Of a DNA stretch of 64,000 nt, positions 36,970 through 49,400 are shown piece by piece; position 1 is the stretch's first letter, and every line of letters begins with the position of its first letter. Source of the stretch: Folioceros fuciformis (Eukaryota); the NCBI GenBank assembly GCA_049999805.1, contig JBNGIO010006178.1:195055-259054 (forward strand), written 5' to 3'. A program made the position numbers and the translations under genes. Under the pieces are notes generated by a model. That model was given only the letters and a program-made list of their open reading frames with translations. It had not been told where the DNA came from and did not search any database.

Positions 36970-38660
36970 GCGCCCCGTATGGAATAGGTACCGGAGACGG
37001 CCTCGTACGCAATAGCGATACGACACGGACAAGTTCAATAATTTGGCCCGACGGTATAAATTGGAAGCTAAATATTTGATAATATTAATTTCCTACAATT
37101 GATTTTTTTCTCATATGGTATGATATCGGTTACAAAGTTCAAGGGAGTGTTTCATGTTAAGTAAGATTTTCTTGACTTGGGTTAGAGTTTCACCTTAATA
37201 ACATGTCCTACCTATATGTCTTCTATGGAATACCGATACGATCATATGCTATGTTACATAAAGTTTTGTCATTCTCCATACAGTCCGAAATTTTTGACAT
37301 AACAATCTTGCCCGCATCGGTGCGATGCGGCCATGGAAGGGTTCCGACCGAGGACAATAACGCATAGACACAAAATTTTTTCTACTCGCTATGGCCAGGT
37401 GGCGTGGAGCGTAGCAAGTATGAGTGCTTGGGAGGGTGCGGGGCAGGGAGCCGGGCGAGCGAGCGACTTTGCTGTAGGCCAAGGGAGCAGACGCGGGGGC
37501 CTGATTGGTGTAGGCCAAGCAATCAGGTGTAGGCCAAGTGAGCAAGGGAGTGGCACCCTCCCAGATTCTTCAGCCCGACCTTACACACAGCCGCAAACAT
37601 ATCCCCGCAAGCATCATCCCCTCTGGCGCCCACCAACCCGTAGCGCACCCCGAGCCTCGCCAGGCCTGGATCGTATTGGCTACGCTCCCACCCGCGAGTG
37701 TGCACACGTCATGCCCTCCAGGATGCTCTCCAGCTCCTCCCGGTTCATGCGCAAGCTACCCCCATGCTCCCCGGGCACCGCCTCTAAAACTGGCATGCCT
37801 AGTCGTGCCAAATGGTCGATCATTGCCACCGGCTCTATGCCCACTAGTTCTGCCCCACCCCCATCGCCCCGGCTCGCAACAAACCACCCCATTTCGAGAT
37901 GTTGTGCCAGGAACTTAAGAAAACCACAATGTCCCTTTCAGTCCATAAAGAGGTTAGAGATATTTAAAATAATTTGCTATACTGTGTATACCTAGGGTTG
38001 GATGACGTGACAAGGTAGAATAGAGAAATATTTCTCGGATGCCACAGAATATTCACGTATAAAATATGTATTAAAAAAAAAACATTAGTGTGTAGTCTAT
38101 ATCTGCATCGTATTCCATAGCCTTCCAGCCTTTTAGGGAATACCGATACGGTCAAGGGTTGTTGTCAAGGTTATTTTGCACCTCCAGTCCAAATGTTTTG
38201 GAATCATAAACCTGCCCACATCGGTACTTGGCAGCTATGGAATAGCGATACGGACAGGGGTTCTTTCATACATATTTAAGGGCGGGCGGTGTACCGTGCA
38301 AACATAAGGGACATAGGGTTTGTGCCAGTTTCAATCATAGGGTTTGTGCCCGTTTCAATCATAGGGCAGAAAGTAGGTGTCGGGACACCTACTTTCTTCC
38401 CTCCCTCACGTCCCAATACACTCACACTCACTTTTTTTTTAAGTTAGTTAGGACCCTATGACGGAGAGGGCGCACCCATAACCGATGAGGTTGATTGCGG
38501 CAAGTGTACTTAGGTATAGTATAGGAATTGCGGTAGGTTGATTGCGCAAGGTACAGTATAGGAATATTCCTAAGATACCATAGAATATTCACGTATAAAA
38601 TGTGTATTCCAAAAAAACATGACTCTGTTCGCATCGGTATTCCATAAGCAGCCATTTGGG
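36970..38660. mobile_element. Probable non-autonomous DNA transposon remnant (hAT/MITE-like subterminal motifs) enclosing a GC-rich segment
   Basis: About 7 copies of TATGGAATACCGATRCG-like motifs in both orientations (36978, 37007, 37224, 38105 rev, 38135, 38235, 38631 rev). Also a ~110-bp direct repeat (~38011 vs ~38547), a 25-bp tandem at 38313 and a 14-bp perfect inverted repeat at 38368-38397. No transposase, TIR or TSD identified. Confidence 0.5.
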
Positions 38661-38770
38661 CATCCCCAATAGAGACAATGCAGCCGTGTACTAAGGGTTA
38701 GAAAGTTTTCTTAACTTTTGAACGGTTGTCAGATGTTTTTCTTTCTGACACGTTTGAGTCTCAAGACGTC

Positions 38771-38923
38771 GAAAGCTTGCCAGACCTAGTTGAGGAGGGG
38801 AAGAACTTCGGAAGCTCGCCAAACCTAGCTAAGGAGGGGAAGAACATCGGAAGCTCACCAGACCTAGCTGAGGAGGGGAAGAAAGTCGAAAGCTCACTAG
38901 ACCTAGCTGAGGAGGGAAAGAAC
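38771..38923. repeat. 39-bp minisatellite, ~4 copies
   Basis: Unit like GGAAGCTCACCAGACCTAGCTGAGGAGGGGAAGAACATC; reads as a 13-aa repeat (SSPDLAEEGKNxG). Confidence 0.85.
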
Positions 38924-39396
38924 GCCGTGTTTTGCAGATGGAGCGCAACGCGGTGGAGGCGAGTATTGCGAGACACACAACAGCTGGCGGAGGAGGTCCC
39001 AAGGAACCACGGGCAATGGTGCAGGGCAGGACGGCCGGTGGGGTGGTAATGCGGATCGAAGTTCCGGGTCCAGCATCCCGCCAATGAGGAGGGTGCGGAA
39101 GCGGAGGCACGAGCTCTCTTACTGTGAGGTGTCCTCCTCTAGAGAGGAGAAGGATAACACGCCTATGCATCCACGGCGAGGTGCTGCCCGTGGCAGATAA
39201 GGGCGACGGGCAGTAGAAGGAAGCAGCAACGGGGTCAATGGCAGTCACGGACACCCTAGTGGATGCAGTACATACTTTGCACTACATCCTAGGCTTGGTG
39301 GAGTCGCTGGAAAGTAATGCCCTCTAGCGGGGGCAAAGATACTTGACTGTGCAGCAAATGTGGAGGCTGCTTCTCTCGTGGTAGGGATTGTGAGGT

Positions 39397-39529
39397 TTAG
39401 GGATGCATGTGGCGTGCAGGGTCTGGAGGTATAGGCAGGTTAGGGATGCATGTGGCGTGCAGGGTCTGGAGGTATAGGCAGGTTAGGGATGCATGTGGCG
39501 TGCAGGGTCTGGAGGTATAGGCAGGTTAG
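39397..39529. repeat. 43-bp perfect tandem repeat, 3 copies
   Basis: TTAGGGATGCATGTGGCGTGCAGGGTCTGGAGGTATAGGCAGG x3, identical copies. Confidence 0.95.
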
Positions 39530-39780
39530 AGGCACTGGCCTTGGTGCTGCAGATATGGTGAACGTCTGGAATTTTTCCTGAATCTATTGTTGATAGACTG
39601 ATCTTGTAGGAGCAGCGCTAGTAGTATGTAGATGTTTTGTAGAAGGTGCTGTAGGTTGCCTTCCTACCTTTGTGGTCCAGCTTAACGAACTTGAACTTGA
39701 TGTTTTTTTGAACCCTGTAAGAGCAGCTTGCATATTTGGGTTCATAGCGTGCATGAGACGGGAAGAAAACGGGTCCGGAA

Positions 39781-40205
39781 TTGGAATCGGTTAAGCGAGC
39801 ATTCTGAAACATGGAGATCCAGAGCTTGGATGAGGAATTGGTTGTGAGGCTAGGGTCGGAGGACTGCCCATTCGTGTGCCGAATGATGGTGGTTTTTCTT
39901 GGCCGGGAGCTTACGGTTGAGCAAAGTCTGGGTTTATGGGAGGAGGTTTGAGCGGTCCTGCGAAGGAATTCTCAGGTAGATGTCCTCACAAAGTAGAGGA
40001 CACCGGCGTCCAGTGATTCGCTCCTCTGCAACATAAGCGGCTGTGCGGAACAGTAAGAAACGTGTTCTCAAATACTGTCGAGGAATAGATGACATACTCG
40101 AAGAGTCCAAGGACATGGCCCGCACCTTCAGATCATGCTCCAGGGCTGGTGCGCTCAGTACACAAGATTGTCAAGTGAACTCTGTTCTTTCCTACCTAGA
40201 ATGTC
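39781..40205 (+). pseudogene. Degenerate 3' fragment of the TBC RabGAP gene
   Basis: Aligns to ~34983-35430 (GGAGATCCAGAGCT, GGTCGGAGGACTGC, GGGAGCTTAC..GAGCAAAG, GCGGCTGTGCGGAAC, GACATGGC) with frameshifts. Confidence 0.85.
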
Positions 40206-40708
40206 ACTCTGCTGTCGAGCCATAACCTTGTTCTTGAAATATAGAATACATTATGATGTCTGTGCCATCTCGGTTGGTTTGCAACGTGAGGAGCTCCTGC
40301 ATTGCATCTGCATGCACACGCAAGAGAACGGAGGGGACCGAGGGAAGGGGCCTACGGGGAGGGATGTCAGAAAGTACAGTTGGAAAGCAACAATTAAACA
40401 AACGTAAGCCCTTGCGGAGCACCTCACTCTCTTCCGTGAGCTCATCTGCTATGGGGCCCTCGGGTACTGTGCTACCTGGAATTCGATCCCTAATGGAAGT
40501 TCCATTTACTTTTGTATATAATATCATTCGATCCTTTTGAGAGCGTGCGCAAGAGGCCGAACTTTACAAGGGGCGGGCACCTGGATGATTCTGGCTGACT
40601 CTGGGACGTCTCCTTGCCTTTTGTTGGCCTGTGCTGGTGCTGGTGCCGGTGTCGTACTGTAGGGAAGGCAGTAGCTGTAAAAAATTCTAGGAAGAGGGCA
40701 GCTGAGTC

Positions 40709-40870
40709 ATGTGCGGGGGAGCAGTGAGCACCTACCTGGTAGATATATATGCAAAATGTGGCGAATTGGAAGATGCTGGAGGGGTTTGTAACAGTTTTGC
40801 CAGACAAGATGTGGCGTCATGTACAGCGAGGGTTCTATCACGAGGCGATTGTTCTGCAAGGGCAGATGGA
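40709..40870 (+). pseudogene. PLS-class pentatricopeptide repeat gene fragment
   Basis: VSTYLVDIYAKCGELEDAGGVCNSFARQDVAS, followed after a frameshift by QRGFYHEAIVLQGQM. This is a degenerate LVDMYAKCGxLEDA..F....DVVSW motif. Confidence 0.75.
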
Positions 40871-41456
40871 GGAGGGCCACCTGACTCTTGCTGATTGTGT
40901 TCCTTCTTCTTGCCTTGTGAAGCTTACAGCAGCTCTCAGGTGGCCCTCCTCAAGGCAGCTCTCAGCTGCCTTGTGAAGCCAGCTGAGAAGCTACCCCTGG
41001 CGTATGGTGTCTTGCACACTCCCAGCTGTTTGGCAACGACGAATGTGCGGAACACGGTGAACGATACTGGTTGACTGCGATCACGTCAAGGGTTGAAAAG
41101 AGAGACACCGCTGTAAGGGATGGATATTGTGTGCTTCGATTCGAGGATGGTTGTTGCAGTTGGAAGACTGACAGTTAGAACAACAACAAACCGGCCACTG
41201 TAAACGTCTCACCTTGGCTGTAGATGGGTTTTGTTTGAGACAACGCCGGCCTCTGGTGGTCTGTGGACTGCATCACCCTACTTCAAGCGTCCAAGAGACC
41301 CCTGAAAATTTATCCTTCCACTAGAATCGGTTATCACTATACCAAACCGTGGCACGGACCGCTTGTCCAGTGCTGCTGCTAGATTACAGTCCTCCAATTT
41401 CATCAGAGAGACACATGACGAGACCACACTCAGAAGAATTCGAGCTGCCGGATTGT

Positions 41457-43901
41457 CTAATCGGCTGCGTGGTTGCCTCCGCTCACAGAATTCATAGACA
41501 TCGAGCTGTCAGATGCGTGATTGGGCGACGAGGTTCTCGAAATGACAGACTCTGTCGCCGTTTCAGACTCTGTGGCCACATCAGACTCTGTGGCCGTATC
41601 CACGGAACCCTCGGTTAGGACCTGGGCAGAACCATTAGAAACCGACTTGACATCGTTGTTCTCCTCTGTTGTGAGGTCTGATTTCTTCATGTTTCTCTTA
41701 ATGTGCGGATCTGCAGGCTCTCCTTCGTCAAACGCTCCCATTTTCCGGAACTTACCGACTCGTTGACTCATCAGGGTCTCAGGGTCCGTTTTCAAGAGTT
41801 CCTGCGACATTGTAACCAGTCAAACATGGCACAACGCAACGATATTTAAAACTTTTCCACACTAGGCATACAAATAGGAAACTCACGTGCATGTGCCGCA
41901 TGATGACAGCCTTGAGGGCCTTTGAAGTCGAAACGGGATCAGAATGGGCACCACCGAGAGGCTCCTAGAAAATAATACACAGATCAGTTCATACCCTGAA
42001 TCACCTCACGATAAACCTGTGGCAGGCTAACATTTCGAAGCTGGTAACTTACTGGAATAACCTCGTCTACTATGTCCAACTTGGCAAGCTCATGACTAGT
42101 AATGCGCAATGCCTCCGTGGCCTGCGTAGAATACCGGTTTGAGATCAATCTGGCAAGCCCCATGGACAGATGAGAGGAAAAGGGCGACAGAGTCCGTACT
42201 TGTCGCTGGAGCGTTCAAGTACCTGTGGGGCAGCATCTGCAGTCTTCCAGAGAATCGCGGCACAAGCTTCAGGGCTGCAGCACACATCCATGAAAGGTAA
42301 CTGAAGCCGTACAGCCAGATAGAACTCAAAATCCCTGGAAAATCAAATCTGGATCCACAGAGACAGCACCTGGCAACATAGTACACCGCATTCTCCAGCA
42401 TTAGCATCTTGTCGCAGCAGCCGATGGCAAGAGCACCCCCTGACCCGCCCTCTCCGATCACTGTAGTAATAATAGGGACTCTAAGGCCAAACATCTCTCT
42501 CAGATTGTGAGCTATCGCCTCACCCTGGCGAGGATCAAGAGGGAGCTCAGAAACTCATTACGAACCCCTTCTCAACTATAATCATGGACTGCCTTGCGGA
42601 CACGATTGTCTTGTCTCCTCTCTCATGAGCCCTTAAGCCAAAACAGCCTTACCTGCCCAAGTTCCTCAGCTGTAAGACCAGCATATGCCCCAGGGGTGTC
42701 AATAAAGCTCAAGATGGGGAAACCGTGATGATCAGCATGCCTCATGAATCGCAAAGCCTTCCGATAGCTGCACTCAGTCACAAAACGAGTCATATCAGAC
42801 ATTGAGACAAGAACTGGTACCACCTCTCGTTTGGATGAGACTCTCAGACTCGATGTTCACGCAAGCAAAAGTCGAATATGAAGGAGCTTCACCCGTTAGG
42901 TGTAGGCATAGCAAAGTTTCGGAAGATATTCTCCTTGGTATTACGGCCCTTTTGGTGGCCTATGAACATGAAGCTCATCCCTTCCATCTTCCCGATCCCG
43001 CAAACCAGAGCTGGATCGTCATAACCACCTCTGTCGCCATGAAGCTCCAGCCACTGAGCACAGCAAACAGAAATACACTCAAGATAATCCAAACCACAAG
43101 GGCAAAAGCTGAAAATGCCAAAGCACAAACAGCGAGATCCACCTTGTCCGTCATGTTCAAGACATGATCCAGAAAAGTGGGTCTGTTTGGATGCCTCGCA
43201 ACATTCAAACGCTGGACCGGTGTAAGGTGCGAGTACAAATCCCGACGAACCTGTTGCGCGCAGACCGATCGAGCAAATGGCCATGAGAAGTCACCTCTGC
43301 CAGAAGCACAAGATAACATGAACAAGATACCATTCCATCATCTCTAACCTGGTCATACTTCTGCTCCAGCTCCGCAATCTGCTGGCTAAAATCCATTCCC
43401 GTTGTATTCGCAAGCTCCCGCACCTGCAACTCCAATTCACCACACACAAGTCAGCCACAGCACAGATCCATCCCCGACGTTCACGTCCTAAAAAAAAAAC
43501 CTGGCGCTGCGCACCTCGTCGATCTTACTAGCCAGGTCCACCAAAGGCCGCTCGAACGGCAGAGTGACCAGCTTCGGCGGGTTCTGAAGCGGCTTGAAGC
43601 GCGAGAGGTAGGTGAGCGAGCCTTCCTCGCTGGAGCTCAATTTATCAGGCCAGGGGTACTCCGTCTCCTCGCTCCTCTTCCCCTTGCGAATCTTGGCATT
43701 GCCAGCTCTGACGGACAAGGACCGTGTCGTAGCTCTGCCGTCCGCGCACCCTGCCGGGAGCCTGGCAGCCAGGATCCTCGCCTGCCGGGCCACGACGCCA
43801 TTGCGCGAGCTTTGCAGCTCCCCCGCTGCTGCCGCTCTGCCGTGCTCCCCCCCGAGTGCCCCTGCCAACCCCGCGCGCAGAGCAGCCGCTGCGCAAGCCA
43901 T
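41457..43901 (-). CDS. CAC3: Plastid acetyl-CoA carboxylase carboxyltransferase alpha subunit
   Basis: Transit peptide; [105 protein letters not shown]. Confidence 0.96.
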
Positions 43902-44649
43902 TCCAGCTCCTATCTACCTCCCGCGACACTACCACACCACACCAAGCCCCTACGACACCCACGCAAATTCGCTCCCCTGCCTTCCCGTCTCCCGAGCTCC
44001 CGCTGGACGCCGCCAATGGCCGCGCGCGTACTTTCCCTCCAGCTTGGCAGGGGCCGGGACATCACCTCCCAGCAGAAACCCCTCCAATGCGGCTCCCGCA
44101 GGCACGTCCTACGGCCATCAAGAAACATGCCGAGTAAAACGGTGTAGTTTCGCCCGCTTTCGCCACTTCGCCTCCACAGTCTTTCAACTCCTTTGTCTTG
44201 CCTCCTCTTCCGAATGGTCCTTCGTATCGCTAAATCATCTTTCGTAATAGAAATAGAGATAAGTCCCCTCTACTCCAAAGATGAAAAAAAAAGGAGAACA
44301 ACCCGAGCAGGGCCAAGGCCAAAAGGATACATAGCTCCTTCGAACTTCATTCGAAGAAGACATATCAGGCCTAATGTAGTATTGCATCAAAATATCAAAT
44401 CAAAATATTGAAAGCCCAAAGAAAATAATCTCCTCGGATAAAATTACTTCCATAGAAAATTTAATGTAACCAATAAAAATACTATAAAAGATATAAACTA
44501 CTAAGAATAAAAATAAAAATAACAATAAATTTGTAAAAAACCCTAAGAAGGACCCGTCACTACTTGGAAAAACCTACAACGTGGATGAATGTTGGAATCC
44601 ATAGTAACAAAGTTGAAAACCAAAACAGAGCTGTACTCTTGTTGTAATT

Positions 44650-45125
44650 CCAAACCCTATGATCCACTCACTACCCTCCACCATTATCCTCCGCTACACC
44701 CTAAAGCCATAGGCTAAACTCTAAATTCTTCTAGTCTACCATGCTACTAAACCCTAAATTATATAGCATGGTTCTAAACTCTAACCCTGATTGTATTGCA
44801 TGATGCTAAACTCTAACCCTAATTACTCTACTATGCTACAGAACTCTAACATATTCCAATAAACTCTAGACCTATTCTGTTCAAGCTATGTTGTTAAACC
44901 CTAAACCCATTTTACTATCGCCATATTGCTAAACTCATATCCTATTATGTCACATGATGTTGCTAAATCCTAAATTTATTTTGTGTCGTCATCACCATGC
45001 TACTAAACTCTACACCTATTCTGCTACTCTATTTGATTGTGTTACTAAACCCTAAATCCATTCTCCTACTCTATTTGACTGTGTTACTAAACCCTAAATC
45101 CATTCTATTCCGCTATGTTACTAAA
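44650..45125. repeat. Degenerate ~40-bp minisatellite with embedded plant telomere heptamer (CCCTAAA)
   Basis: Recurrent TACTAAACCCTAAA / GCTAAACTCTAACCCT cores at ~44652, 44748, 44776, 44808, 44897, 45047 and 45089. Two near-identical 42-bp units at ~45024-45107. Confidence 0.75.
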
Positions 45126-45229
45126 TGTTACTGAAGGAATCTTGTATCACTCAATCATAATGCTCTTACATACTTAGATCGGCATTTAATCATTCTTACA
45201 TCATTCTTATCCCATTGTCATTATCATTA

Positions 45230-45870
45230 TCATTGCTCCATACACATTGCTTCACACCCTTTACCATCATTGCTCAACCACCTTCATTTGGGCCTAGTGC
45301 TCTACACCACTCTACCATCATTGCTCAACCACCCAACTGCCCCTGCCCCCTGTGCCCATTGCTCCACCCCGCTTTATCATCCTACTCAACCCATTGCTCC
45401 ATATTGCTCTATCATCATCCTACGCCCATTGCTCCACGCCCTCTATCGTCATTGCTCAACCCATTGCTCCACATCGTTCTATCTTCATCCTGCGCTCATT
45501 GCTCTACACCCACACCCATTACTCAACCCATTGCTCCATTGCTCCATCGCTCTATCATCATTGCTCTATATTGCTCTACACCGCTCTATATCATTGCTCT
45601 ACGGCACCCATCGTTCTACACCGCTCTATATCATTGCTCTAGGGTACCCATCGTTTTACACCACTCTACATCATTGCTCTATACTCTACGGTACCCATCC
45701 TTCTACACCGCTCTATCATCATTGCTCTACATTGCTCTACAGCTCTACATTTACGTAATTCCACATTGCTCGGTGCCTCCCCATTACGCTACATCCACAC
45801 TCTAGCACCGTAAACATCCATAAACATTTCAATCGCTCCTTACCATAAACATATTATTGCTCCTTACCAC
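45230..45870. repeat. CATTGCTC-core low-complexity tandem array, G-poor on the + strand
   Basis: About 20 CATTGCTC(A/C/T) cores with variable C/A/T spacers. The overlapping long ORFs here arise from the repeat. Confidence 0.85.
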
Positions 45871-46491
45871 TCCGCTCTATGCCCCAAAGAAAAGCAAACT
45901 TGCTACAACCTTTTTACAAAATTTTTGAACTACTTATTGCTGTTGATGTTACAAACAAACAAACAAACATCACAAGGTTATCTCGCGGACAGCAGGATTA
46001 CACACCACGACCTGCTTCGATCACGACTCAAAAATAACATCTTCCATTCGTAAACGGGGTCGCCTAGATATGGGAGTGTGTTACATGATCATCCTGGTCA
46101 GCAACCTGCTCTCGTTTCGCGTCCGGATAAGATTTCGAGACGGCAAACCCTGGAGAATCAAAAGTTTCGCCACTGCGAAACCTGCCTTGTCCCGACGGCC
46201 CCGACTGGTCACCTTCGGCGGCCGGAAGTTGTTGAAACGGTAGGTGGGAGGCAGCGGACACAAGAGGGTGTGCGCGACACGTGCCGGTCGCCCGGTGTTC
46301 GGACCCCGGAGGCGTACCAGGGGGCTTGCCAGCATCGTGAAGGGGGAATCGGGGAGACGTTTACAACGGAGACCTGGGCTGTTGTGAGGGGCATGCACAT
46401 GTGTTGCAAAGTGCAAAGCTAGATACACAATGTGTCGTAAATACAGTAGGGAGCATTTTTCATGTATGACGTCACGTGCCTTGGCTCAGGG

Positions 46492-49400
46492 TCATGCTGT
46501 GAGGCTTTGGATCTCCCCAAGGAGCATGCTCAAGGCCGAGGCAGACTTGGCTCGCACAACTGCGCTTGGGGCACCAGCTGTCATTCGTACCAAGGAGTTG
46601 GTCACCTGCGGTAAGTAAGCTGACAGAGGCCTTTTGTCGGTGAGTTGACTGAGGAGGCAGCCAACGAAATAGGCGGCGTTTGCTTGGATCAGAGGCCATG
46701 GGCTTTCAAATGCCTGCTTGCAATGGTGAGCTGGTTAGAAGGAGGACTAGGATTGGGATGAGTGGGAGGGGAGGAAGTTGGAATACTTGCCTGCAGAGCA
46801 GAGGTGACGTATGTGTCTGTTCTGTCGCTGAACAGGGATGCCAGATGCTTGGTGAAGTCCAGGAGAAATTCGTCGTAATCCAGTCTGCAAAGAGAGGACA
46901 GCCATCAAACTGCTGGTACGCAAGGTGAGTGACCGGTGCAGGGAGAACTGGATTGCGAGACGGGTACCTTCGATTCATGTCGAATGAACGAGAGTTCGTC
47001 AAGGTTTCCAGATCCTCGGCATGGAGCAATGGGGAGACTAGCCGGAGGGTGTTCTGCGAGACCAGTTGTCCATGGCAGTCAAGGAAAAGTGTTTCCATTT
47101 TTTGGCCACCTTCTTTAAGCTACACACTTAAGTGGTGACTCGATTGGGGAGAACGAAGAGTACCTTACAGGCGTGCCGCACGGGGAGTGCTTCATCATTT
47201 ACATGGAAGAGGAGGCGAGGCAGGACAGTGTGGATCTAGAGGTCGCACAGGCACAACATTGTGAGACGAGGCGGAACCACGCAAGCGTGTGTCATGTTAC
47301 TGAAATATACATAACGGGAGCAGGTCAACAAGATCGGGATGCAGGGTGTGACCTGCTCAAGGAAACCTTCAAGCTGTGCCCCAGAACCAAACCTACACAT
47401 TGCACCCAGTGCAGCAAATGCTGCAGCTCGCATGCTGACATTGTGCCGAGCCTGGAAAGATTGATGGGTAAGTGAACCTAGACGAAGCAAACGTTACCAC
47501 CTGAATACCTGAGAACTCCAACGAAATTGATTACGTGCCTGTAAGGATCGGAGTCGGACGCATAGGTTCAGAAGTAGTGGAGAGACCGTTTCCTCTGGAA
47601 CTAGCTCAAGAGCCTGGAACAAATTCATTCACCAACTCCACCAGTTCAGCGAAAGGTGAAGAGGCGAAAGGCAAAAATGCATCATACAAACAATGAGTGG
47701 ACTTCTGAAAATCAGCAAAGCTTACAGTTGTTAAACCTTGCACCGATGTTAGCGCAACCTCCTCTTCTGGGTCCTCTATTAGAGCCACTATAACTCTTAG
47801 AACCTGTGATGAATAAATGGACATCCTTTCATGGGGCACCTGCGTATGACACTTGAGGTCAGCACTGGAGAGCTACACACGTACACACCATCGTGGGAAA
47901 AGCTTGAGAGTATGCTTGAGCCGAGGAAGATTAAGGCATGCTGTCATACTTGAATAAGGCCTTGGACACACAGCCGCCTAACTGTAGGAGATTCATCTCC
48001 AATATGGGCGCTCAGAACATCAACCAGCTGGCCCAACAGCATGTCCCTCTTGCTCCCACTACATAGCGGAATAAAAGTTGAGATCAATGTGCTGACACTC
48101 AGACTACTAGCGCAGACAAACATTCACGTGGACAAGGACCTACCAATGCTGGACAAATTCAGACAATGCTGCTGATGCTGCAGCCCTTTGAAAGTCATAA
48201 GGCATCTTTAAAGCTGGCCACAGAGAACTGCATACTGACTCCATCTAAAAACCGATTTTATCAAAATCAGATCTCCCATATGCGAAGCTTGCTTTGTTCA
48301 ACGCTTAAAAAATTAATTGTTGTACCTCGAAAGGTTTCGATTTTGCACTGCACTTTGCAATCTCCCCAATCGCCTCTATCCAGCGCTCACCACTTAACCG
48401 TTGCTCTCCATCGACGGCTAGGACCTGTACGATCGAGCTCAGCAGGATGCCACGCTAACCATGTGTGCCAGCATCATCAACCAGAAAAATAAAGCATCCC
48501 CACCTTCTGCATCTCAACGTCATTCAAACAGTCACAGAATGCTTGAAAGGTTGCTACCACTTCCCTGCGTCAGGCCACCTGCGAGTTCAATACAGTATGC
48601 AAAATGCTTACCTAAGAATTTTGACATGCACAGGACTTAAGCGCCCTATCACACTTGTACAACAAAAGACAGATCTCTTCTGCACACACTCCATTTACTG
48701 TTTGGAAGTCTACCTCAGAGGCCGCACATTTAAGGACAAAGTCCCGTGTGCACTGCCAATACGTAAAAGTAGAGAGCACAACACAGCAGAATAACTTTGT
48801 CCTAAAGCTTTTCCGACGGCTTCGCTATCCCCCCTGCCACAAGCAAAACGAATACACAATAAGCTTCGCTTATTCATCCACCTCTCTCAGCTTCCAGCAA
48901 CTTACAAAACAAGTAAAACGTACTTCAAAATAACGCCAAGGGCTAGTGTCGCTGCTGGTGGCAGCATGTTCAGAGATCCAGAGAGTGGAACATGGTCTGA
49001 TTGCACACCCTTCTCTGCATCACCATCCTTCAGTAAGGGAGCATGCTCAAGGACGTCCACCAAATAGTCTATGAGCGGTAGCGCCAATTTCTCGTTGCGA
49101 GCAATTGCCTGAGGACGTATCCCAGAATAGTATAAGAACTATGGGAAACAGAACAGCCTGAGAAAGCACATCACTATGACTGCTCCACATTTGATATGTC
49201 AGAAGACAGTACCAGAAACGCTTCTCGTAAAGGCAGTGCTATGCTTTGCCGTGCCCCATCTTGTTTCCCAACATCTCTTTCTGCTGCACCTAACAGCTCA
49301 CTGAACACACAGGTCGCTTGTGCATGTTCTGCCAGACAGCAGACCTACACAGCAGGCTCTTACTATTAGTCAAGGAGCGGACAGAGAATTGTCACTCCAC

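Noticed and set aside
38368..38397. Hairpin as a Helitron 3' terminus
   Set aside because: No CTRR end at the expected distance downstream.
38771..39529. Short repeats as a possible CRISPR array
   Set aside because: Head-to-tail repeats without unique spacers, eukaryotic context and no cas genes.
40204..40527. 107-aa minus-strand ORF between the RabGAP relic and the PPR fragment
   Set aside because: No recognisable domain or splice support, and it lies in a fragment-rich region.
45215..45805. Three overlapping long ORFs rich in H/C/S/L/Y
   Set aside because: Artefact of the G-poor CATTGCTC array, which contains few stop codons.
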